Positions 21,189-30,602 of a stretch of 64,000 nucleotides of DNA are shown here, piece by piece. The stretch is from contig BK006944.2 of NCBI GenBank assembly GCA_000146045.2, forward strand, positions 256,001-320,000, written 5' to 3'. Position 1 is the stretch's first letter, and each line of letters opens with the position of its first letter. The DNA is from TPA_inf: Saccharomyces. Lineage: Eukaryota. Both the position numbers and the translations under genes were made by a program. A model generated the notes under the pieces. That model was not told the origin of the DNA and did no database searches. It worked only from the letters and a program-made list of their open reading frames with translations.

Positions 21189-21863
21189 TCAAAAGCCTAA
21201 AGATTTCCAGAACCGTAATCTAAAGCCCTCAAAACTGTTTAATTTTGGTCTAACATCGAGATAAATAAGTGGTTGTTGCTGCGAGTTTGCATCGTTCAGA
21301 TCGGTGGAATAGAAATCGATTACGTAGTCGACGGTTTTACCGCATCTATCTATCTGCCAATCATGTCTATCAAAAGGTTTGGCCAGGTGCAAGATACGGG
21401 ACCTGAACCAGGCCCTTGGTGTCAGTTTTTTGGAATCACCTTTAAAATTTGTTAATTTGATACCGCCACACGCTTCACCACCCTGCTTGTCTTCCCAGCT
21501 TTTAATGTAGTTCCAAACCCGCTCATTGATGGAGTTATGTAAAGGCACAACCACCTTCATGTCATCTGAGTTCGGATCCCAATTTTTTTTCATCATTGCC
21601 TCGTAAAATTGTTTCTCCGACGGGTATATCCAGTTTCTGTCAGAATTCGTCCTTGGTATGGTGGAAACCTCTCTGGACTGAGAGAGATCCACCGTGGTGT
21701 GATATTCAGGCGTTTTATCGTTATCTTGTGGGTTTGCAGAGCACTCTAGTTGATTGCCTGGGGCAGTAGCACCAGGATGCGCTTCGTTGCCATGTTCTCG
21801 TAGCCATAACTTTTTGGTTTCCTCATCTACGGGGCATTTCCCCTGTTGGTCTGAAGACATCAT
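21189..21863 (-). CDS. CYT2: Cytochrome c1 heme lyase, 224 aa
   Basis: [25 protein letters not shown]... with heme-lyase family motifs (CPV heme-regulatory motif). Matches YKL087C. Confidence 0.9.
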
Positions 21864-21979
21864 AATATGTAAAATAGAGACGAATGAAAAGCACGTGAAC
21901 TAACAAACTATTTACTACTACCGAAATGTGATGCTTAAGCCTTTGGCCTCTGCAATACTAGCGATTGCTTTTTCCCTGA

Positions 21980-22136
21980 TTAGTAAGCTACATCATTTAT
22001 ACTACATCTTTCTGTCTTAGAAGGCTTACAAACATCGAAAAGCTGGAACTTTGATTTCGAAAAAAATATGCCGTTACCCGTTGCGGGTCCCTTTTTTTTA
22101 GAAGGCCGGCCCAGAAGTCGCCATTATTTTTAGTCA
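21980..22136. promoter_or_regulatory. Two AP-1/Yap-type elements in the SRX1 promoter: TTAGTAA (21980-21986) and TTAGTCA (22130-22136)
   Basis: Exact YRE heptamers lie 300 and 145 bp upstream of the sulfiredoxin ATG. SRX1 is a classic peroxide-induced gene. Confidence 0.45.
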
Positions 22137-22280
22137 TTACAGTAGCCCTGTTGGGTAAGGATGCGATGCAATACATGTCAAGAGGTGTTGTATATAAACC
22201 ACAATATCTACCATCAATGAGCTATATATACTTTTCTTACTGAAAAAAAAAACTACAAAACCAAGTAAAAAAAGAACAAT

Positions 22281-22664
22281 ATGTCACTACAAAGCAACAG
22301 TGTAAAACCAACAGAAATTCCTCTCTCAGAGATCAGACGCCCCCTAGCGCCTGTGTTGGATCCTCAAAAGATCGACGCAATGGTGGCCACAATGAAGGGC
22401 ATTCCCACCGCTAGCAAGACATGCTCTCTAGAACAGGCTGAGGCGGCTGCCTCAGCCGGGGAACTGCCGCCCGTGGACGTGCTGGGCGTGCGAGTCAAGG
22501 GACAGACGCTATATTATGCCTTCGGCGGCTGCCACCGTCTACAGGCATACGACCGCCGGGCTCGCGAAACGCAGAACGCCGCCTTCCCCGTGCGCTGCAG
22601 GGTGCTACCGGCCACTCCCCGCCAAATCCGCATGTACCTGGGCAGCAGTCTCGACATCGAATAA
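22281..22664 (+). CDS. SRX1: Sulfiredoxin (ParB-like fold), 127 aa; strikingly GC-rich ORF
   Basis: ...YYAFGGCHRLQAY... is the sulfiredoxin active-site GCHR motif. Confidence 0.9.
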   Translation: MSLQSNSVKPTEIPLSEIRRPLAPVLDPQKIDAMVATMKGIPTASKTCSLEQAEAAASAGELPPVDVLGVRVKGQTLYYAFGGCHRLQAYDRRARETQNAAFPVRCRVLPATPRQIRMYLGSSLDIE

Positions 22665-22872
22665 TGATTACGCTAATAACACTACATAAGAAACATAGAT
22701 AAATTATAATTCACTAATACAAAATCCCTCAATTTAATTAATCAATTTCTTATTCAACAACTAGAGTAGGCACTAGCAGTTTGTGCGACCCTCGGCGCCG
22801 GAGAGGTACAAGGGACCTGGCGGTTGGGCCTTCCTGCCAGCTTCTCCCCCCCTTCTCGGCATTCACTCAGCG

Positions 22873-22881
22873 TTCATTGGC
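22873..22881 (-). promoter_or_regulatory. CCAAT / HAP2-3-4-5 type site (TCATTGGC, ~TNATTGGT) ~245 bp upstream of MDH1
   Basis: CCAAT box on the minus strand in the promoter of the mitochondrial TCA-cycle gene MDH1, which is respiratory, HAP-regulated class. Confidence 0.4.
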
Positions 22882-23122
22882 TCAATCACGCGCCAAGCGG
22901 ATTCCCAGAAAAATACAAAAAAAAGTTGCCATAATACAATGGCGGATATTACAATATATATAGCTTGCGCTTTAAAAAGAAGTGTTAGCACGCATTGGGT
23001 GTTTGTACTGTATTCCTCCACTTAAGATAACGAATACACATATAGATATACAATATATTATACGTGGACATCTACGGAAAGGAAGAAAAAAAACAAAAGG
23101 AAAAGGAAGGATACCATATACA

Positions 23123-24127
23123 ATGTTGTCAAGAGTAGCTAAACGTGCGTTTTCCTCTACAGTTGCCAACCCTTATAAAGTGACTGTTTTGGGTGCAGGC
23201 GGTGGTATTGGACAACCATTGTCTTTGCTTCTAAAGCTTAACCATAAAGTCACGGACTTAAGACTGTACGACCTAAAGGGCGCAAAAGGTGTTGCCACCG
23301 ATTTGTCTCATATTCCAACAAACTCCGTGGTCAAGGGGTTTACTCCAGAAGAGCCAGACGGATTGAACAACGCTTTAAAGGACACAGACATGGTTTTAAT
23401 TCCTGCTGGTGTGCCCAGAAAGCCTGGTATGACACGTGATGACTTGTTCGCCATCAACGCAAGCATCGTTCGCGATTTGGCAGCAGCAACCGCCGAATCC
23501 GCTCCCAATGCTGCCATTCTGGTCATTTCCAACCCAGTCAATTCTACCGTTCCAATTGTCGCCCAAGTCTTGAAAAACAAGGGTGTTTACAACCCAAAGA
23601 AATTGTTCGGTGTGACTACCTTGGACTCTATTAGAGCCGCCAGATTCATCTCAGAAGTCGAGAACACCGATCCAACTCAGGAAAGGGTTAACGTCATCGG
23701 TGGACATTCTGGTATTACCATCATCCCATTGATTTCGCAAACAAACCATAAGTTGATGTCTGATGACAAGAGACACGAATTGATTCACAGAATACAGTTT
23801 GGTGGTGACGAAGTCGTCAAAGCAAAGAATGGTGCTGGCTCTGCTACGTTGTCAATGGCCCATGCTGGTGCTAAATTCGCTAACGCTGTTTTGTCCGGTT
23901 TCAAAGGCGAAAGAGACGTCATCGAGCCTTCCTTCGTGGACTCTCCCTTGTTCAAATCCGAAGGCATCGAATTCTTTGCATCTCCGGTCACTTTGGGCCC
24001 AGATGGTATTGAAAAGATCCATCCAATAGGTGAGTTATCTTCAGAAGAAGAAGAAATGCTACAAAAATGTAAAGAAACCTTGAAGAAGAATATCGAAAAG
24101 GGTGTCAACTTTGTTGCTAGTAAATAG
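23123..24127 (+). CDS. MDH1: Mitochondrial malate dehydrogenase, 334 aa; real start is the internal Met at 23123 of the 381-aa ORF
   Basis: [38 protein letters not shown]... Rossmann GxGxxG. The upstream 47 codons of the ORF run through promoter TATA sequence. Matches YKL085W. Confidence 0.95.
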   Translation: MLSRVAKRAFSSTVANPYKVTVLGAGGGIGQPLSLLLKLNHKVTDLRLYDLKGAKGVATDLSHIPTNSVVKGFTPEEPDGLNNALKDTDMVLIPAGVPRKPGMTRDDLFAINASIVRDLAAATAESAPNAAILVISNPVNSTVPIVAQVLKNKGVYNPKKLFGVTTLDSIRAARFISEVENTDPTQERVNVIGGHSGITIIPLISQTNHKLMSDDKRHELIHRIQFGGDEVVKAKNGAGSATLSMAHAGAKFANAVLSGFKGERDVIEPSFVDSPLFKSEGIEFFASPVTLGPDGIEKIHPIGELSSEEEEMLQKCKETLKKNIEKGVNFVASK

Positions 24128-24508
24128 ATTGTTCAAGATCAGAAATAGAGTGAAAAATAGGGAAAAAAAAAAAAAAATTCTACTAATAAGAACGGAAGAC
24201 TACTCGCCATCATGAGATTACGACATCTTTTTTATTTAATTCTTTGTTATATTTAGCCAATTGAAAGGAAGGAAACTGCCAAAAATCAACTAGAGAAAAA
24301 TTCATGCTATTCGTTGCTCCTACACCTTTTTTTCTTCCGTAGACGAGGAAAAACAAAAATGATTAAATAGGCGCGCGCGGTGTGATGGTGATGATAATGA
24401 TGATGATGATGATAATGATGAATAAACGTTTCGGTTTACGAGTTTCTTTAAATATACATATATGATATAAAAAAAAAAATACGTACCACTTACAATTTGC
24501 AAATATAG

Positions 24509-24859
24509 ATGATCGAAACTGCCATTTATGGTAAGACAGTGGATGACCAATCTCGATGTGTCCACTGGCATCTTCCAAAGGATGTAATTGCCATCAGGTT
24601 TAAATGTTGTGATAAGTACTATGCGTGCTTTGAATGCCACCAAGAGTTAAGTTCTCACCCGCTAGAAAAATATGATCTCCTTGACGATGCAAATAAACAC
24701 TTGATTATTTGCGGAGTTTGCCGTCATGAAATGACGTTTGCAGAGTATTACGACTACAATTCAAACCTTATTTGTCCCAATTGCAGATCCCCCTTTAATC
24801 CAGGCTGTAAATTGCACTACCATTTGTATTTCCAGAACCCTCCCCCCGCTATGTGTTGA
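24509..24859 (+). CDS. HOT13: Hot13, CHY zinc-finger protein of the mitochondrial intermembrane space, 116 aa
   Basis: Cys/His-rich: ...CVHWHLPKDVIAIRFKCCDKYYACFECHQEL...CGVCRHEM...CPNCRSPF. Confidence 0.85.
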   Translation: MIETAIYGKTVDDQSRCVHWHLPKDVIAIRFKCCDKYYACFECHQELSSHPLEKYDLLDDANKHLIICGVCRHEMTFAEYYDYNSNLICPNCRSPFNPGCKLHYHLYFQNPPPAMC

Positions 24860-25024
24860 GTGTTGTTCTATAAATGCATGCCATCTTAAGCTCTGCTGTG
24901 CTCTTCTCGTTAAGGAAAAAATGCGATGGTATATATATAGATATATATATATATATATGTATCTGTATATATATGTTCATACATATATATATATCTATTA
25001 TTGTTGTTATTATTATCGTGATTA

Positions 25025-26329
25025 TTATTTAGGTCCTCCCTTCTTTTTACCTGTTTTTAATCTACCCTCAAATCCGGCTCTTTTCTTTGGTACGGCACTA
25101 CCGACATACTTTCTTTTCATCTTTTCTTGCTTATTTCTCTTTTTACCCTTGTTGTCTTTCCTAATCCTCAGATTCTCTTCTCTTCTCTTTTGTCTTTCAG
25201 ATATCGTGTCTTCCACAACCCTCTTACGTTCGCTCCATTCAATCGCAGACTTTCTCTTTTGTGCTTCCTTTCTCTTTATAGCTTTGCGAAGTAGTTTTTC
25301 GTCATCCCTAATCTTAATTCCTTCTGCTTGTAACATAGCCTTTTGCCATTTTTCCTTTTCCTTCTGCTTGATTTGTTCTAGTTCGTCTTTCGCCTCCATC
25401 TTATTCTTCTTGGCTTCTAATAACTTTAAGTGTGATTTTACATCATTCTTAGCCGGACCCTTCGTTCTACCAGCTTTTCTTAACCTTTGTAAATCTGAAG
25501 TGGCCCTTGCACCATCATCGAATATGATATTTTGAAACATTACACCATCTGCGTTAATTTCTGAGTCCTTCTTGCCTTTTTTGAATCTTTTTTTCGAATT
25601 GTTTTCTAAATCACTATCGATGTCTTCCATATCGGAATCAGACGCAATTTCATCCTGATCCTGTTCCTGTTCACTTTCTAGACGCTTTCTTTTTTTCAAC
25701 TCTTCCTTGCGTTTCCTTTGAGCAAGAATAGCCTCTCTAGAACCGGGTGCTTTCCTTTTACTCTTCATATCTGAAATTTTCGCTTGTAACTTGGAACGTA
25801 GTGCTTCCAAGTTTTTCTTTCTTTGTAGTTTCTCTTCCTCTGTAATAGACTTCTTTTCGACAGATCTATCGGGCTCTGTAGTATCTTTTTTAGATTCTAA
25901 TGGTATTTCATTTCCCTCATCATCAAAGATCACCTTAATATCCTCTTCCTCTTCTTCATCTTCGTCTGGTGCTATTATCATAGGATCGTTTACTTCTACG
26001 TTCAGGTCGGAGTCTCCTTCCACTTTTGATGTTGCTTCCTTTTGCTTTTGCATTTTCATGTGCTTGAATTTTTCACCAGGTAGGACCACCGGCTTTGCGT
26101 CTTTCTCCTTCTTCTTCATTACTTCTAATGTACTAGATGTTTCATCATCACGTTGCTCCGGGTCTAATTTTTTCAGTTTATCATTTTTACTCTGTTCTTT
26201 GGTTTTCTTCTTGGCCTTCCATTGCTCTTGACTTTTTTCATCATAATAGTATTTTGCAGGAATTAAAGCCAATAAACCATCGAAGGCGCTTGAATTAGCA
26301 CGAAGGCGCTCCTCAAGTGAATTACTCAT
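25025..26329 (-). CDS. RRP14: Rrp14, nucleolar ribosome biogenesis protein with SURF6 domain, Lys/Glu-rich, 434 aa
   Basis: MSNSLEERLRANSSAFDGLLALIPAKYYYDEKSQEQW... with a basic, Lys-rich C-terminal SURF6-like region. Confidence 0.9.
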   Translation of the reverse strand: MSNSLEERLRANSSAFDGLLALIPAKYYYDEKSQEQWKAKKKTKEQSKNDKLKKLDPEQRDDETSSTLEVMKKKEKDAKPVVLPGEKFKHMKMQKQKEATSKVEGDSDLNVEVNDPMIIAPDEDEEEEEDIKVIFDDEGNEIPLESKKDTTEPDRSVEKKSITEEEKLQRKKNLEALRSKLQAKISDMKSKRKAPGSREAILAQRKRKEELKKRKRLESEQEQDQDEIASDSDMEDIDSDLENNSKKRFKKGKKDSEINADGVMFQNIIFDDGARATSDLQRLRKAGRTKGPAKNDVKSHLKLLEAKKNKMEAKDELEQIKQKEKEKWQKAMLQAEGIKIRDDEKLLRKAIKRKEAQKRKSAIEWSERKRVVEDTISERQKRREENLRIRKDNKGKKRNKQEKMKRKYVGSAVPKKRAGFEGRLKTGKKKGGPK

Positions 26330-26750
26330 CTCAGTCTCCTATATCTTTCAATTCCCGGACTTTCTTTATCACTTGCAACAACGTCTCAGTCCTCACTTGT
26401 TATTCATCTCTTGGTCATCTCATCTCTTTTATTGTACTTTCCTCTTTTCTTTACCGGAGATGAGAATAAAAAGAATTCATTTTAAAAAATTTTCAATTTG
26501 GTGTCTGGGTGAAACTTTTTAATCGTGTAATCCCAATTAAACCACTCTACTTTACTTTAATTGGTACACGAACTCATTACACACCTTTGCCTCTATTGCT
26601 TGTGTCAATCGTGTTGAGAGAGGAAGCCCAAAACAAGGGAAATTAACCTCTGTAGGCAAGCCATCACATTTGGCAATAGCAGCCCTCATTTAATTTAATT
26701 CGGCATGTGGCCGGCAGGGTAATGCGCTCTGCTGCTGACAAAATTGAAAG

Positions 26751-26759
26751 AAAAATTTT
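26751..26759. promoter_or_regulatory. RRPE (AAAAATTTT) in the RRP14/TEF4 divergent promoter; weak PAC-like GAGATGAG at 26457-26464
   Basis: Exact RRPE nonamer, plus a 1-mismatch PAC, upstream of the ribosome-biogenesis gene RRP14. Confidence 0.4.
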
Positions 26760-26890
26760 TTTCATCAACAGTTTGCAATACTTTCTTTTTCATATTTAAT
26801 TCATCCATTCCGTCGTTAATTTTGTTCAAAACTGGTGTCCATCCTTAATACCAACTCAATTCTTTGATTTTGGCCCTCGATAGATTCAAG

Positions 26891-27095
26891 ATGTCCCAAG
26901 GTACTTTATACATTAATAGATCTCCAAGAAACTACGCTTCTGAAGCTTTGATTTCTTACTTTAAACTAGATGTCAAGATCGTTGATCTAGAACAATCTAG
27001 CGAGTTTGCTTCTTTGTTCCCATTGAAGCAAGCCCCTGCATTTTTGGGTCCAAAGGGCTTAAAGCTAACTGAAGCTTTGGCTATCCAATTTTATT
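26891..27095 (+). CDS. TEF4: TEF4 (translation elongation factor eEF1B-gamma) exon 1; ends in phase 1 before GTATGT
   Basis: MSQGTLYINRSPRNYASEALISYFKLDV...ALAIQFY, then the GTATGT 5' splice site at 27096. Confidence 0.9.
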
Positions 27096-27180
27096 GTATG
27101 TTCCATATTTTATTTTAACACTTCCACATACATTGTTTTGCGCGTTTCCCGTTCGTTTATTTGGCACGTCATTTTTCTTC

Positions 27181-27285
27181 GAAACATAATGATGAAAAAA
27201 AATTTTATCAAACAGTTATCCCTGTCTGAATGGGTAATAATAGGTAACCTCTCATATGTTGATATTTGTATTTCTGATATGTTTC
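27181..27285 (+). ncRNA. snR38: Intronic box C/D snoRNA, snR38-like: C box AUGAUGA (27189-27195), D' CUGA (27226-27229), D box CUGA (27274-27277), terminal stem GAAAC/GUUUC
   Basis: Canonical C/D architecture, with a 5-bp terminal stem bracketing the C and D boxes inside the TEF4 intron. The TEF4 intron is the known host of snR38. The ends are approximate. Confidence 0.6.
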
Positions 27286-27421
27286 TTAAAGAAAAATGAA
27301 AGTCAAAATAACAAAAAGGAAGTACAAAGCGTGTCCTAATCCAGGAAAAAATATAAAGGATTGTTTTACTAACATTTCTTCAATTAATGGTTGTATAACC
27401 ATCGAGATGATGTATATTTAG

Positions 27422-28455
27422 TGGCTAATCAAGTTGCCGATGAAAAAGAAAGAGCTCGCTTATTAGGTTCCGACGTTATCGAAAAGTCTCAAATCCTTAG
27501 ATGGGCATCTCTAGCTAATTCCGATGTCATGAGCAACATTGCTCGTCCATTCCTTTCTTTCAAAGGTTTGATTCCATACAACAAGAAAGACGTTGATGCT
27601 TGTTTTGTTAAAATCGACAACCTAGCTGCTGTCTTCGATGCTAGATTGAGAGACTACACCTTTGTTGCTACCGAAAACATTTCTCTAGGTGACCTTCATG
27701 CCGCTGGTTCTTGGGCTTTTGGTTTGGCCACTATTTTGGGCCCTGAATGGAGAGCTAAGCATCCTCATTTGATGAGATGGTTCAACACTGTTGCTGCTTC
27801 TCCAATCGTGAAGACTCCATTTGCTGAAGTCAAATTGGCTGAAAAGGCTCTAACCTACACTCCACCAAAGAAGCAAAAGGCTGAAAAGCCAAAGGCCGAA
27901 AAGTCAAAGGCTGAAAAGAAGAAGGACGAAGCTAAGCCAGCAGATGATGCTGCTCCAGCTAAAAAGCCAAAGCACCCATTGGAAGCTTTAGGAAAGTCCA
28001 CATTTGTCTTGGATGACTGGAAGAGAAAGTACTCCAACGACGACACCAGACCAGTTGCTTTGCCATGGTTCTGGGAACACTACAACCCTGAAGAATACTC
28101 CATCTGGAAGGTTGGTTACAAATACAACGACGAACTTACCTTGACTTTCATGTCCAACAACTTGGTCGGTGGTTTTTTCAACAGATTGTCCGCTTCTACT
28201 AAGTACATGTTCGGTTGTTTAGTTGTCTATGGTGAAAACAACAATAATGGTATTGTTGGTGCCGTTATGGTCAGAGGCCAAGATTTCGCTCCAGCCTTTG
28301 ATGTCGCTCCAGACTGGGAATCTTACGAATACACCAAGTTGGACCCAACCAAGGAAGAAGACAAAGAATTTGTCAACAACATGTGGGCTTGGGATAAGCC
28401 TGTTGTTGTCAATGGCGAAGATAAGGAAATTGTTGACGGTAAGGTTTTGAAATAA
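27422..28455 (+). CDS. TEF4: TEF4 exon 2; intron 27096-27421 (326 nt) with branchpoint TACTAAC at 27367-27373 and 3' AG at 27420-27421; spliced product 412 aa with GST-like N-terminus and EF1G C-terminal domain
   Basis: The splice restores ...QFY-L-ANQVADEKERARLL... The lysine-rich linker KKQKAEKPKAEKSKAEKKKDE and the EF1-gamma C-terminal domain follow. Confidence 0.9.
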
Positions 28456-29029
28456 TCTCAATAACTCTTCTTCCATATTTTCTTCCCAATATACATAAGA
28501 GTCAAACAAAACGAATTTTCAAAAGAAAAAAGAAAAAAACCCTGAAGTCTACTTCATGATTACCCCATACTTACGCGTGGTTTAATTCTATGTAACGATT
28601 AACGTCCATGTAATCATTATATATATATATATTGTAATAATCTCTCTAATTGAGTATCACAATCTGCTGCGGTTACTCTAACAATATTTTGCATAAACTT
28701 GATTCTTCTCTTCTTATTTCATGTTTCAGTGGGGCATTTTCCATTGTACTTTTGCAACAATAGCGAAAAAAACAATTTTCCGTAAAGAGAAGCGTCAGTC
28801 ATAAACGGTGTATGTTACCCGAACTGGAATGAATTTTATCTTAAGACTGGAAAACAATTTAGGATAGAACTGAAGATAGTGCAACACGTCTGGTGATATC
28901 ATGTGCTTTCAAGCAGGATTTGTCACAGTGCTTTAGAAACACAAACAAAGGAGGTATATAGAAGTTGCAGTTGCTAGAGTTTGTTTTCTTACCTAATTCT
29001 AGATCAATTCTTTTTTCTGAAAAAAAAAA

Positions 29030-30208
29030 ATGGCTACTGCGTTATATACTGCAAACGATTTCATATTAATCTCGTTGCCTCAAAATGCTCAACCTGTTAC
29101 CGCCCCTGGCTCCAAAACTGATTCATGGTTCAATGAGACCTTAATCGGGGGTAGGGCATTTGTTTCTGATTTCAAAATTCCCGAATTCAAAATTGGCTCT
29201 TTAGACACATTGATAGTTGAATCGGAAGAACTGTCTAAAGTAGATAACCAAATTGGGGCTTCTATTGGCAAAATCATTGAAATTCTTCAAGGCCTCAACG
29301 AGACCAGCACCAATGCTTACAGGACTTTACCTATCAATAATATGCCAGTTCCTGAATACTTGGAAAATTTTCAATGGCAAACCAGAAAGTTCAAGTTAGA
29401 TAAGTCTATCAAAGATTTGATAACATTGATTTCTAATGAATCTTCTCAATTAGACGCCGACGTCAGAGCTACTTATGCAAATTACAACAGCGCTAAAACT
29501 AACTTGGCTGCTGCTGAGAGAAAGAAGACGGGTGACCTTTCTGTCAGATCCTTGCATGATATTGTCAAGCCCGAAGACTTCGTTCTTAATTCTGAACATT
29601 TAACTACTGTTCTAGTAGCAGTTCCCAAAAGTTTAAAATCCGATTTCGAAAAATCGTACGAAACTTTATCCAAGAACGTTGTACCAGCATCTGCCAGCGT
29701 GATTGCAGAGGATGCTGAGTATGTTTTGTTCAATGTTCATTTGTTCAAGAAAAACGTTCAAGAATTCACAACAGCTGCTAGAGAGAAGAAATTCATTCCT
29801 CGTGAATTTAACTACTCGGAGGAATTAATTGACCAGTTGAAAAAAGAGCATGACTCTGCTGCCAGTTTAGAACAATCTTTGCGCGTCCAGTTGGTAAGAT
29901 TGGCCAAGACAGCTTATGTCGATGTTTTTATAAATTGGTTCCACATCAAGGCCTTGAGAGTTTACGTGGAATCTGTTTTGCGTTACGGGTTGCCACCTCA
30001 CTTTAACATCAAGATTATAGCTGTCCCACCAAAGAATCTCTCTAAATGCAAGTCTGAATTAATTGATGCTTTTGGATTTCTTGGTGGCAATGCCTTCATG
30101 AAGGATAAAAAAGGGAAAATTAACAAGCAAGATACTTCTCTTCACCAATATGCTTCTCTTGTCGACACAGAGTATGAACCATTTGTGATGTATATAATCA
30201 ATTTATAA
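29030..30208 (+). CDS. VMA5: V-ATPase V1 subunit C, 392 aa
   Basis: MATALYTANDFILISLPQNAQ... matches Vma5/subunit C in both length and position. Confidence 0.9.
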   Translation: MATALYTANDFILISLPQNAQPVTAPGSKTDSWFNETLIGGRAFVSDFKIPEFKIGSLDTLIVESEELSKVDNQIGASIGKIIEILQGLNETSTNAYRTLPINNMPVPEYLENFQWQTRKFKLDKSIKDLITLISNESSQLDADVRATYANYNSAKTNLAAAERKKTGDLSVRSLHDIVKPEDFVLNSEHLTTVLVAVPKSLKSDFEKSYETLSKNVVPASASVIAEDAEYVLFNVHLFKKNVQEFTTAAREKKFIPREFNYSEELIDQLKKEHDSAASLEQSLRVQLVRLAKTAYVDVFINWFHIKALRVYVESVLRYGLPPHFNIKIIAVPPKNLSKCKSELIDAFGFLGGNAFMKDKKGKINKQDTSLHQYASLVDTEYEPFVMYIINL

Positions 30209-30602
30209 TCGATTTATAATACTAACTTAGATTAATATATATTTCTGTTTTTTTTTTAGAATTTTCAACTTTTTTATTCATAGAGATAATACACTGTGAT
30301 TGTGAATGTTTGAATAGTAATGGAACATAATCCGATAAAATATGCTTTTGATGAACGATTAGACATTTTTCAATTTTGTCGTTGAGTTCCAATCCTTCCT
30401 TATTTATGGTTAACAAGGAAAGAGGTGGAAGTTAAAAAAATGGAAATTAAAAAAAAAAAAAAATCAAAAAAAGAAAAATAAAAATAGAAAAATTGGCACG
30501 GAAATCTACAGGATTTAGCACTAGTAGGGGGTTTATTAAGCACTACAGGTCGACTTTAAACCAGAAAAAATTATCATTCAGGGTAGGTGCAAACTTGTTA
30601 AA

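Noticed and set aside
24738-25535. 265-aa plus-strand ORF overlapping RRP14 (YKL083W-like)
   Set aside because: It is antisense to the conserved RRP14 coding sequence. The predicted protein is low-complexity and hydrophobic (FLFLPLLSFLILRFSSLLFCL...). It is regarded as a dubious ORF.
27391-27421. ORF-track start of the second TEF4 ORF at 27391 ('M')
   Set aside because: The codon at 27391 is TTG, inside the intron, downstream of the TACTAAC branchpoint. The true exon 2 begins at 27422, after the AG at 27420-27421, which restores ...QFY-L-ANQ....
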